Source: Candidatus Margulisiibacteriota bacterium
GTDB lineage: Bacteria > Margulisbacteria > WOR-1 > O2-12-FULL-45-9
Assembly: GCA_043816785.1 (NCBI GenBank)
Contig: JBDRHP010000068.1
Location: 1-45,831, forward strand
Length of the DNA: 45,831 nucleotides
Direction of reading: 5' to 3'
Shown: piece by piece, positions 35,126 to 43,066 of the stretch
Numbering within the stretch: the stretch's first letter is position 1
How the letters are laid out: the number at the start of each line of letters is the position of its first letter
Translations under genes and position numbers: made by a program
The notes under the pieces: model-generated
What the model was told of the DNA's origin: nothing
Databases searched by the model: none
The model's input: only the letters and a program-made list of their open reading frames with translations

Positions 35126-36088
35126 ATGAAAAAAGGCTTTGCTTTCCTCCTTTTACTTTTTGTTTTATTCAATTTAAGCTGCGGGAGATCTAGCGTGACG
35201 AATAATGCCCCGACGGTAGACAGGATCAATGAAAATATCACTGGTTGCGGGATCGGCGCCTTTGTTAATGGTCTAAGTAATCTGTCTGATTTCCAATCTA
35301 TGACTGGCAAGCAATTAGCTGTTGTTCTCTGGTACGTCCACTGGACAGATGCTTTTCCAACCTCAGACGCGGATACTGTTTTCAATAACGGCAGTGTTCC
35401 CCTGATCACTTGGGAACCTTGGATCACCCATGAATTAGGAACGTTAGAGGCCATTGCGTCCGGCAGCTATGAGACCTATGTTAACGAATTTATTCAGGCG
35501 GCTAAGGATTGGGGCAAGCCATTATTTCTGCGCTTTGCCCATGAGATGAATGGCAACTGGTATCCCTGGGATGGTTCTCACAATGGGGCAACAGCTGAGG
35601 CAGCAGAAAGGTATAAGCGGGCTTGGGTGTATATATATAATGTAAGAGCAACTCTGGAAGCGGATAATATTTATCTGGTCTGGTCCCCAAACAATACTAA
35701 TTTGCCAGACGCCTCCTGGAACACTATTGCGGCTTATTATCCTGGTGATCAATATGTGGATTGGGTGGGGATGGATGGCTACAACTGGGGTTATGGCAAC
35801 TGGCAGGATTTTAACGCGATCTTTAGCAGCGTTTATTCAAACTTGACTGCTTTAACGCAAAAGCCGCTGATGATCGGGGAGTTTGCCTCGGCAGAGCCTG
35901 GCGGCAGCAAGGCAGATTGGATCACGGATGCTTTAAGCCAGATAAAAAATAATTATCCGCGAGTCAAGATTTTTTGCTGGTTTAATATTGATAAAGAGCG
36001 GGATTGGCGAATAAATTCCTCCAGCTCAGCGGAAGCCGCCTTTCGCCAGGCAATCGGCGATAGCTATTTTGTGGAAAGTTTGTTATAA
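35126..36088 (+). CDS. Glycoside hydrolase family 26 (beta-mannanase/lichenase-type) lipoprotein
   Basis: Lipoprotein signal MKKGFAFLLLLFVLFNLSC; TWEPW, LRFAHEMNGNWYPW, WSPN, YYPGDQYVDWVGMDGYNW, IGEFAS. Confidence 0.9.
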   Translation: MKKGFAFLLLLFVLFNLSCGRSSVTNNAPTVDRINENITGCGIGAFVNGLSNLSDFQSMTGKQLAVVLWYVHWTDAFPTSDADTVFNNGSVPLITWEPWITHELGTLEAIASGSYETYVNEFIQAAKDWGKPLFLRFAHEMNGNWYPWDGSHNGATAEAAERYKRAWVYIYNVRATLEADNIYLVWSPNNTNLPDASWNTIAAYYPGDQYVDWVGMDGYNWGYGNWQDFNAIFSSVYSNLTALTQKPLMIGEFASAEPGGSKADWITDALSQIKNNYPRVKIFCWFNIDKERDWRINSSSSAEAAFRQAIGDSYFVESLL

Positions 36089-36089
36089 T
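36081..36089 (+). promoter_or_regulatory. Consensus extended -10 (TGnTATAAT) upstream of the small membrane protein and ABC genes
   Basis: TGTTATAAT overlapping the GH26 stop, followed by an AGGAGG RBS and ATG at 36113. Confidence 0.5.
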
Positions 36090-36112
36090 TTCATGGTGTA
36101 GGAGGCAAAATT

Positions 36113-36394
36113 ATGGGTATTAAAGCTATTATTATGCTCTATAAGGTACTTGGCTTGATCAGCGGCTTGATCACTGCCTGGTTTGGCATCATGCTCCTGT
36201 TATTTTACAATAAATTTTCTGCTTTCAATCATCGGATCAATGCTCGATACTTGATCGGCGGAGATAAATATGGCGATGGCAGCAGCTACAAAATTGACGC
36301 CTTGGTCTTACGCTGGCATACGATTATTGCCATATTTTGTCTTTTGGTTGCCGCCTGGCTGTTCTGGACATTTTATATAAATATGAAGTTGTAG
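36113..36394 (+). CDS. Small hypothetical membrane protein (2 TM)
   Basis: 93 aa, AGGAGG RBS, two hydrophobic helices. Confidence 0.7.
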   Translation: MGIKAIIMLYKVLGLISGLITAWFGIMLLLFYNKFSAFNHRINARYLIGGDKYGDGSSYKIDALVLRWHTIIAIFCLLVAAWLFWTFYINMKL

Positions 36395-36413
36395 ACACCA
36401 AGGTTCCAGAGAG

Positions 36414-36433
36414 CCTGCCTGCCGGCAGGCAGG
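36414..36433. repeat. 20-bp perfect palindrome CCTGCCTGCCGGCAGGCAGG (REP-like), copy 1
   Basis: Perfect self-complementary sequence; an identical copy is at 41387-41406. Confidence 0.85.
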
Positions 36434-36497
36434 AACCAGAGCCATCTGCGAAAACCCCTGTTAAATCTAATTTTACGGGAGGATACGAGAAAAGGCT

Positions 36498-37442
36498 ATG
36501 AGCGTGAACAAAAGAAGTCTCTGGGCTAGAATAAAGCAATATCGTTTTGCTTATTATTTTATTGCGCCAACCGCGTTGGCCATGCTTTTCCTTCATCTAT
36601 CTCCTATTGTTCAAGGCATTTATATGTCTTTTCTCAGGCTCAACCAGTTCACTTTGCAGCAGTATTTGCTGGCTCCGTTTGTTGGTTTTGAAAACTTCTA
36701 CAAGGTATTGATCGATCCCGGCAGTCCCATCCGCATTGGTTTGTTTGAAGCAGTGCGCAACACGGTTATTTATACTGTGATCGTTACCCTGGGAACCCTG
36801 GCCGTGGGCATGGTGGTGGCTTTAATGCTCAATCGCCGCTTTTTCGGCCGGTCGCTTGTGCGTACGCTGTTTCTTTTTCCTTGGATCGTGCCAACCTACG
36901 TCACAGGCTTACTCTGGGGAATTATCTGGCTGAAGCAGGGCGGCTTGGTCAATGTGATGCTGCACGATTGGTTTAGGATCCTGCCTTTTAAACCCTCCTG
37001 GCTTTCCGGGCCTAATACCATTTGGGCAATTATTATCCCAACCATCTGGCGCTTCTGGCCGCTGTCCATGTTAATGCTCTTAGCCGGGCTTCAGACCATA
37101 CCGGATGAGCTGTATGAGGCAGCGGATATTGACGGGGCCAGCCCCTGGCGCAAATTCTGGATGATCACCTGGCCAATGCTGCGGCCGGTCTGGTTTATCT
37201 TGATTTTGTTTGGCCTGATCTATAACACTTATTCCTTTAATATTGTTATCATGATGTTTGGCTTTGGCGCGGGGTTTCCAGGCGAGTGGGGTGACTTGAT
37301 GATGACCAATATCTTCCGCAACTCCTTCCAGCTCTGGAATTTTGGCACTGGCGCGGCGACTTCAGTCCTGCTGTTGATCGTCATGATAATTATTGTTAAC
37401 GTCTGGTTCAGATACTTTAAGAAGACGGAAGATATGAATTAA
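36498..37442 (+). CDS. Carbohydrate ABC transporter permease (MalF/UgpA-like)
   Basis: FVGFENF, NTVIYT, PWIVP, EAA loop IPDELYEAADIDGASPWRKFWMITWPMLRP. Confidence 0.93.
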   Translation: MSVNKRSLWARIKQYRFAYYFIAPTALAMLFLHLSPIVQGIYMSFLRLNQFTLQQYLLAPFVGFENFYKVLIDPGSPIRIGLFEAVRNTVIYTVIVTLGTLAVGMVVALMLNRRFFGRSLVRTLFLFPWIVPTYVTGLLWGIIWLKQGGLVNVMLHDWFRILPFKPSWLSGPNTIWAIIIPTIWRFWPLSMLMLLAGLQTIPDELYEAADIDGASPWRKFWMITWPMLRPVWFILILFGLIYNTYSFNIVIMMFGFGAGFPGEWGDLMMTNIFRNSFQLWNFGTGAATSVLLLIVMIIIVNVWFRYFKKTEDMN

Positions 37443-37443
37443 A

Positions 37444-38880
37444 ATGTACATCCCGTATTATGTAAAAAAGAGAATCCAGGACATTATCATCAACATCTTT
37501 ATGCTGGCCTTTTTGGCCTTGACCCTCTTGCCCATTGGCTGGATGGTTTATTCCTCTTTAAAAGATTCAACTGACATTGCTATTGGGAAAGTTGGCTTGC
37601 GCCGCGCTGGTACCGACATTCTGATGATAAAGCCGGAAAAAGACAACCTGCTGGTTCTCTCGGCTGACGGCAGTTTAAATCGTTATCGGGCCAAAGACCT
37701 TAAAAAACTTGATCACATTTCCTATAAGACTTCAGCGACCGCATATCTGCTGGATGACAAATATATTTGGATCGCTTCGGCCAATAAGGGACTGATCAGG
37801 GTTGATCGGAATAATTTTAAAAAGAGCCAGACCTTTAAGTATCCGCTTTGGGGCATAGAATTTCATAAGGTTTCGACCAGCTATATTAAAAAAGAGGGCC
37901 AGGACATTTTTGTTACTGTAGACTACAAGCGTTTCTCGGACGTGCTGAAGTTTGATGCCCGACATTTGAAATTTATGAAACTGCTTAAGAACTCCAAAAA
38001 ACGCTATTTCCCCAAGGCTGCTATGGTTACCCCAAGCGAGTTCCCTGGGATCGACGCTGAAATCTACAGTCAAGTTAAGCAGAATGATGATCTCTACCTG
38101 GGGGCGAGCGGCGGCAAACTTTATAAGTATGATTTGGGGACAAAGGCAATTGTTGCCAAGGCGGTCTTGCCCAAAGGGCACCTTCTGGTCAGGTGGTACA
38201 ACTACATTGACATGTGGAAGAACGTTAATTTTGGCCTGTATTTAAAAAATTCCATAATTATCTGTGGTTTTACCATGGTCTTTGCCATGATCTTTGCCAC
38301 CTTCGCAGCCTACGCGCTGTCGCGCTTTCGTTTCCCTGGTTCCGATCTGTTCAGTAATGCGATCCTGGCTACCCAGATGATCCCGATGATCATGTATTTG
38401 ATCCCGATCTATATTATGTTTGTCAGGTTCACGATGATGTCGGGAATTCCAGTTAAGGGAACTTATCCTGGACTGATCCTGATCTATTCCGCCTGGTTTT
38501 TGCCCTTTTCCATCTGGATCCTGCGCGGTTTCTTTGCTTCAATCCCCAGGGAGCTGGAGGAAGCGGCCAGGATCGACGGCTGTTCCAGGTTCCAGGTTTT
38601 CTGGCATGTGGCTTTGCCGCTGGCCCGGCCGGGGATTATCGCGACCGGTATATATATATTCCTGCAGGCCTGGGACGAGCTGATGTTCGCCTGGGTACTG
38701 ACTAATGGTGATACCATGACCATTCCGGTCGGCATCCGTCTTTTTGTCGGTAATTATCAGAACCGTTTTGACCTGATGATGGCGGCGGCGGTAGTTGCAA
38801 CCCTGCCGGTGGTTGTGTTATTCTTTATGCTGCAAAGGCATATTGTTCGCGGCTTGACTGCCGGAGCAGTCAAGGGATAG
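37444..38880 (+). CDS. Carbohydrate ABC transporter permease (MalG/UgpE-like) with an ~200-aa extracytoplasmic insertion
   Basis: LKNS, AAYALSRFRFPG, IPRELEEAARIDG, WDELMFA, LTAGAVKG; extra soluble domain after TM1. Confidence 0.92.
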   Translation: MYIPYYVKKRIQDIIINIFMLAFLALTLLPIGWMVYSSLKDSTDIAIGKVGLRRAGTDILMIKPEKDNLLVLSADGSLNRYRAKDLKKLDHISYKTSATAYLLDDKYIWIASANKGLIRVDRNNFKKSQTFKYPLWGIEFHKVSTSYIKKEGQDIFVTVDYKRFSDVLKFDARHLKFMKLLKNSKKRYFPKAAMVTPSEFPGIDAEIYSQVKQNDDLYLGASGGKLYKYDLGTKAIVAKAVLPKGHLLVRWYNYIDMWKNVNFGLYLKNSIIICGFTMVFAMIFATFAAYALSRFRFPGSDLFSNAILATQMIPMIMYLIPIYIMFVRFTMMSGIPVKGTYPGLILIYSAWFLPFSIWILRGFFASIPRELEEAARIDGCSRFQVFWHVALPLARPGIIATGIYIFLQAWDELMFAWVLTNGDTMTIPVGIRLFVGNYQNRFDLMMAAAVVATLPVVVLFFMLQRHIVRGLTAGAVKG

Positions 38881-38886
38881 AGGGGA

Positions 38887-40554
38887 GTGTTTGGAATTTT
38901 AATGAAAAGAAAAATTTTGATCACCTTGATTATTTCTGGATTGCTTATTGGATTTGCGGCGGTTTGGGCCCTGCGGCAGAACGCGGAGCTCAAGCAAAAA
39001 TCAGGCGTGTATGTTGGTGTTTTTCGCGAGGGTGCGCCCCTTAATATAAACCACATCAAGAAATTTGAAGAGCAGGCCGGTGCTAAGCCAGCCATGATCA
39101 TGTGGTATCAGGATTGGCAGCAGAATTTTCCCCGTCAGGCGGCCCAGAATGTGATCGATTATAATGCCGTGCCCCAGATTGTCTGGGAACCCTGGTACTG
39201 GAGCGACCATAGCAAGGTCCAGCTGGAAGACATAATTGCCGGCAAGTGGGATGATTATATCCGCACCTGGGCGCAGGAGATCAGGACGTTTAAGCATCCG
39301 GTTTTCCTTCGCGTAGCTCATGAGTTTAATATTGAAGGCTATCCCTGGGGCATTGTTAATAATGAAAAAGACCCCAAGATCTACATCAAGGCTTACCAGC
39401 ACATTGTTGATATCTTCACGAAAGAAAAAGCTGATAATGTGAAATGGGTCTGGTGCTTCATGAATTATTCCTTTCCCAAGCAGGCCTGGAATGACTGGGC
39501 TGCGGCTTATCCCGGTAATGATTATGTTGATTGGGTCGGCATTGACGGCTACAACTGGGGCACGACCCAGGACTGGAGCGACTGGCAGTCTTTTTCAATA
39601 TTATTTCGTGATCAGGTGCGCCGCTCCAAGCAGCTCTGGCCGGATAAACCGATCATGGTTGCTGAATTTGCCTCTGCGGAAAAGGGCGGCAACAAAGCTG
39701 CCTGGCTCAAGGAGATCCCGGGGTACTTAAAGAGCAGTATGCGTGACATTGATCTAATAATCTGGTTTGACGTAAAAAAAGAGGCAGACTGGCGGATCAA
39801 ATCAAGCCCAAAGTCGCTGGCAGCTTTTCAGGAGATCATGAAGGATCCTATCTTCCTTAGCTCGAGTGAGGGGCTAGCTTCTCATCTTCCTGTGCCTAAG
39901 CAGTTGATCAAGAAAAAGGCTGTAGCGCTGCGGGCGCCAGGGGCAGTAGTGATCGATGGCCGGCTGGCTGATTGGGATAAGGGTGAGCCGATCACCATGA
40001 AAGATGCTTCGTTTTTTAAAGAGGGCCTGGAATGGGACGGACTCAAAGACCTATCCGGCTCAGCTTACTTGATGTGGGACAAAAACAATCTATATTTAGC
40101 AGCCGAAATAACTGACATGATCCCGCTGGTTAATATGAAGGAAAAACAGGATGTCTGGAATGGTGACGCGATCGAGGTTGTGCTTGGGTTGGATCCCAAA
40201 GCCAGTGACAAGCGAACAAGTTTTAGAGCTGGAGATTATCAGATCGGTTTTAGCACTGGAGACGGCAAAGGAAATCCGCCTATAATTTGGAACTGGCAGC
40301 GGCGCCGTAGCCCCGCGGGCAGCGAGATCAAAGTTAAAAAGACCAGTAATCCTGATGGCTATGTGCTTGAAGCTAAAATACCATGGGAGTTCTTTAAAGG
40401 CCAGTTTATTCCAGCCAGCGGCAAAGCAGTCAGCTTTGATATTGCTTTTGATGATGCTGACCAGTCTGGCGAGCGCGAGCGGCAGTTCATCTGGAACGGT
40501 GATTACTACTTTTATAAAGATCCCAGCGTTTGGGGTGTGCTGGAGTTTAAATGA
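38887..40554 (+). CDS. GH26 glycoside hydrolase with C-terminal CBM9-like sugar-binding domain
   Basis: VWEPW, LRVAHEFN, YPGNDYVDWVGIDGYNW, VAEFAS; then IDGRLADW, WDKNNLYLAAEITD, DAIEV, YVLEAKIPW, FDIAFDDAD. ATG at 38902 is an alternative start. Confidence 0.9.
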   Translation: MFGILMKRKILITLIISGLLIGFAAVWALRQNAELKQKSGVYVGVFREGAPLNINHIKKFEEQAGAKPAMIMWYQDWQQNFPRQAAQNVIDYNAVPQIVWEPWYWSDHSKVQLEDIIAGKWDDYIRTWAQEIRTFKHPVFLRVAHEFNIEGYPWGIVNNEKDPKIYIKAYQHIVDIFTKEKADNVKWVWCFMNYSFPKQAWNDWAAAYPGNDYVDWVGIDGYNWGTTQDWSDWQSFSILFRDQVRRSKQLWPDKPIMVAEFASAEKGGNKAAWLKEIPGYLKSSMRDIDLIIWFDVKKEADWRIKSSPKSLAAFQEIMKDPIFLSSSEGLASHLPVPKQLIKKKAVALRAPGAVVIDGRLADWDKGEPITMKDASFFKEGLEWDGLKDLSGSAYLMWDKNNLYLAAEITDMIPLVNMKEKQDVWNGDAIEVVLGLDPKASDKRTSFRAGDYQIGFSTGDGKGNPPIIWNWQRRRSPAGSEIKVKKTSNPDGYVLEAKIPWEFFKGQFIPASGKAVSFDIAFDDADQSGERERQFIWNGDYYFYKDPSVWGVLEFK

Positions 40555-40574
40555 TTAAAAGGAGGCTGAATAAT

Positions 40575-41309
40575 ATGGTGATAAATTGGAAATTGTTATT
40601 TGGAACTTGTTTAGTGCTTGTATCTTGTATCTTGGTCATTGCTCCGTCAGGGGCCATGGGTGGTCCTGCGCCTGAAAAAACCCCCGTTGAACAGGTTGTC
40701 ATGGGTGATGTTTATGTTATTACTGACTTTGAATCTGGCAACCTTAAATCACCGGTTGAATGGTGGACCTTTGATCTTAAGGGACTAAAGGTGGTTGCTA
40801 ATGATAGCCTGACCGAAGGAGATCAAGCAGTTGTTAGCGGCGTTGGTAAATATTCCCTCCAGATGAAGGGTGAGGCTACCAACTGGTACGCTGGCGGGGC
40901 AGGCGCTTATATTGCTAAGGAAGGTCAAGACCTGTCTAAGTTCAATTCCCTGAAGCTGGACATTTACGGCAACGGGGAAGGCTCCGGGACCTTGAAGATC
41001 GAGCTGTTTGATGATGATAATAATAATTGGCAAGTGGAGCAGGATCCGGCCAAGAATTACGCCGCGACCTCCGATGATAAACTGGTTTATGATATCAATG
41101 TTGACTGGAGCGGCTGGCAGAGGGTGGTTGTTCCCCTGGCTGACTTTGTTGACGATAATCCCGGGGTGGGCGATGATGTTTGGAACCCGGTGGTGAAGGA
41201 TGATTCCGGCGGTTTGTTGCAGATCCAGCTGATCGGTTTAGCTGCCGCAGAAAAAGGCACGGTTAATTATAACGTTGATAATATTTCTCTTTCAGTCAGT
41301 GAAGAGTAG
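40575..41309 (+). CDS. Secreted carbohydrate-binding protein (CBM11/CIA30-like beta-sandwich)
   Basis: GGAGG RBS before ATG 40575 (ORF track starts at 40551); signal peptide; ITDFESG, LKLDIYGNG, VDWSGWQRVVVPLADF, YNVDNISL. Confidence 0.7.
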   Translation: MVINWKLLFGTCLVLVSCILVIAPSGAMGGPAPEKTPVEQVVMGDVYVITDFESGNLKSPVEWWTFDLKGLKVVANDSLTEGDQAVVSGVGKYSLQMKGEATNWYAGGAGAYIAKEGQDLSKFNSLKLDIYGNGEGSGTLKIELFDDDNNNWQVEQDPAKNYAATSDDKLVYDINVDWSGWQRVVVPLADFVDDNPGVGDDVWNPVVKDDSGGLLQIQLIGLAAAEKGTVNYNVDNISLSVSEE

Positions 41310-41314
41310 TTGGA

Positions 41315-41440
41315 GAGTATCAGAAAACCAGAGGATCAGAACTGGATTATCAGATAACCAGAGTATCAGAGAATCCGATTATCTAACCTGCCTGCCGGCA
41401 GGCAGGTATTCTGATATTCCAGCTCTGGTTTTCTGGTCGT
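41315..41440. repeat. Composite inverted-repeat element: ATCAGA/ACCAGA 8-mer arms around a 22-bp palindrome (copy 2)
   Basis: CAGAAAACCAGAG (41321-41333) is complementary to 41423-41435; CTGGATTATCAGA (41342-41354) pairs 12/13 with 41410-41422; ACCTGCCTGCCGGCAGGCAGGT lies at 41386-41407. Confidence 0.8.
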
Positions 41441-41456
41441 CTAATAATCTTACACA

Positions 41457-42356
41457 ATGAACAAAATATATTTGTTAATTATTGTCATTCTTCTCTCCTG
41501 CCAAACCATAGCATTGTCCCAAAATAGCACCGCTGCTCCAGTTTCTGAGCCCACTGAACCAGCTGAAGTTTCACCCATCTTCATCGACCTCTGGAATAAT
41601 GCGGCTTATTATGGCACCAATTTGGAGCGACAAAGGTTTTCTTCATTATTAGGCCGCTATGAGGGCAAGATCGGCTTTAATTTTTTTCATTATCCCCTGC
41701 AGCTTTACGGCGTGTATTACGGCGCCTCATCCCAAACAAGCAATTACTGGAATAATTATATTTTCTCCGGCAGCGGGGTTCGGCTGAGCCCTTTCCGGGA
41801 CTATCAAGGCACCAGCTGGGCCAATGAATGGTTAAAAGGCGTTAAATTATACGCAGAAAATCTCTCAGCCAACTATCTTAAGGATGCTGCTTCGGCTGAG
41901 TCTTTAGCCAAAGAAGATCGGCGATACGGCCTGGAGATCTGGTACGCCTGGAACCAGGATCAGGTTGATACCCGTGTGCCCTGGGGTGAATTGTGGTTAA
42001 AGTGGGAATATCGTGAAACGAACTTTGGCTGGGAAACTTTTAAGGATTACGTGCTTTATGTTCAGCCAAAATTCGGCGTCCATATGGCAGAGGGCATAGA
42101 AGCCTATCTGCGGGCGGATATGACCTCCTCCGGCAAAGAAGGGCCTGACTATTCTTTCCTAAACATTGCTGATTATGGCGTGGGCTTGCGCTTTGTCCCG
42201 TTGCGCAGTGTGGGAAAATCCACTGACTTTTTTCGCAACTTCAAGATGTTTGCTGAGATCCTGGGGGTTTCCTATCTTAAGGATGAGCCCACCAATCCAG
42301 CCAATAAAGTTTCATCAGATGTGCGCTTTGGCGTTGAGTTTTCTTATGGGAGATAG
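41457..42356 (+). CDS. Secreted aromatic-rich protein, probable outer-membrane beta-barrel
   Basis: Sec signal MNKIYLLIIVILLSCQTIALS; alternating strands rich in Tyr/Trp/Gly; C-terminus VRFGVEFSYGR. Confidence 0.6.
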   Translation: MNKIYLLIIVILLSCQTIALSQNSTAAPVSEPTEPAEVSPIFIDLWNNAAYYGTNLERQRFSSLLGRYEGKIGFNFFHYPLQLYGVYYGASSQTSNYWNNYIFSGSGVRLSPFRDYQGTSWANEWLKGVKLYAENLSANYLKDAASAESLAKEDRRYGLEIWYAWNQDQVDTRVPWGELWLKWEYRETNFGWETFKDYVLYVQPKFGVHMAEGIEAYLRADMTSSGKEGPDYSFLNIADYGVGLRFVPLRSVGKSTDFFRNFKMFAEILGVSYLKDEPTNPANKVSSDVRFGVEFSYGR

Positions 42357-42379
42357 GGGATAGGGCGTAGGGATTAGTT

Positions 42380-42940
42380 ATGTATTTAATTGTTGGTTTA
42401 GGTAATCCAGGGCCTGAATATGAAAATACGCGCCACAATCTTGGCTTTAAGGTTATCGCTGAGCTAGCCAGGCGCCAGAGCATTGCCTCGCTTAAGTCAA
42501 AATGTCATTCATTTATTGCTGAAACCAAGATCCATGATAACAAAGTTATTATTGCGGAACCCCAGACCTTTATGAACAATTCTGGCTCGGCTGTGCGCGG
42601 TCTGCTGGAGTGGTTTAAGATCGAGCCAGACCATCTTATCTTGATCTATGATGATGTTGATTTGGAGGTTGGGCAACTGCGCCTGCGCGAAAAGGGCAAT
42701 GCCGGCGGACATCATGGGGTGGAATCAGTTATCAATGCTGTTGGCACTACTAATTTTGCCAGGATAAGAATTGGCATTGGCCGGGAAAGCCTGACCAGCG
42801 ATGTGACTGATTACGTTCTGCAAAAGATCCCTGCTTCTCAAAGTGAGCTTTTAGCCAAAGCCGTGGTTTCAGCGGCTGAGGCGGTTGAGGCGATCATTGC
42901 TGATGGCTTACCCAAGGCAATGAACAGGTTTAACCAGTAA
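42380..42940 (+). CDS. pth: Peptidyl-tRNA hydrolase
   Basis: LIVGLGNPG..Y..TRHNLGF, PQTFMNNSG, YDDVDL, GGHHG, RIRIGIGR, DYVL. Confidence 0.97.
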   Translation: MYLIVGLGNPGPEYENTRHNLGFKVIAELARRQSIASLKSKCHSFIAETKIHDNKVIIAEPQTFMNNSGSAVRGLLEWFKIEPDHLILIYDDVDLEVGQLRLREKGNAGGHHGVESVINAVGTTNFARIRIGIGRESLTSDVTDYVLQKIPASQSELLAKAVVSAAEAVEAIIADGLPKAMNRFNQ

Positions 42941-43042
42941 CCTCACCCCCAATTTTTTCTTTTACGTTAGCTTTTTCCTTAATGCCCCCTCTCCATCTTC
43001 GATGGAGAGGGGGAGGAGTCTTTAGCGTCAGCGGGGGTGAGG
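42941..43042. repeat. Nested palindromic element (BoxC/REP-like) between pth and mfd
   Basis: CCTCACCCCC (42941-42950) pairs with GGGGGTGAGG (43033-43042); inner perfect hairpin CCCCCTCTCCATC-TTC-GATGGAGAGGGGG (42985-43013). Confidence 0.8.
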
Positions 43043-43066
43043 ATTATATGATAAAATAACCCTACC

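Noticed and set aside
36395..36497. Riboswitch or ncRNA upstream of the ABC permease
   Set aside because: The structure is explained by the repeated palindrome; no known aptamer consensus was recognised.
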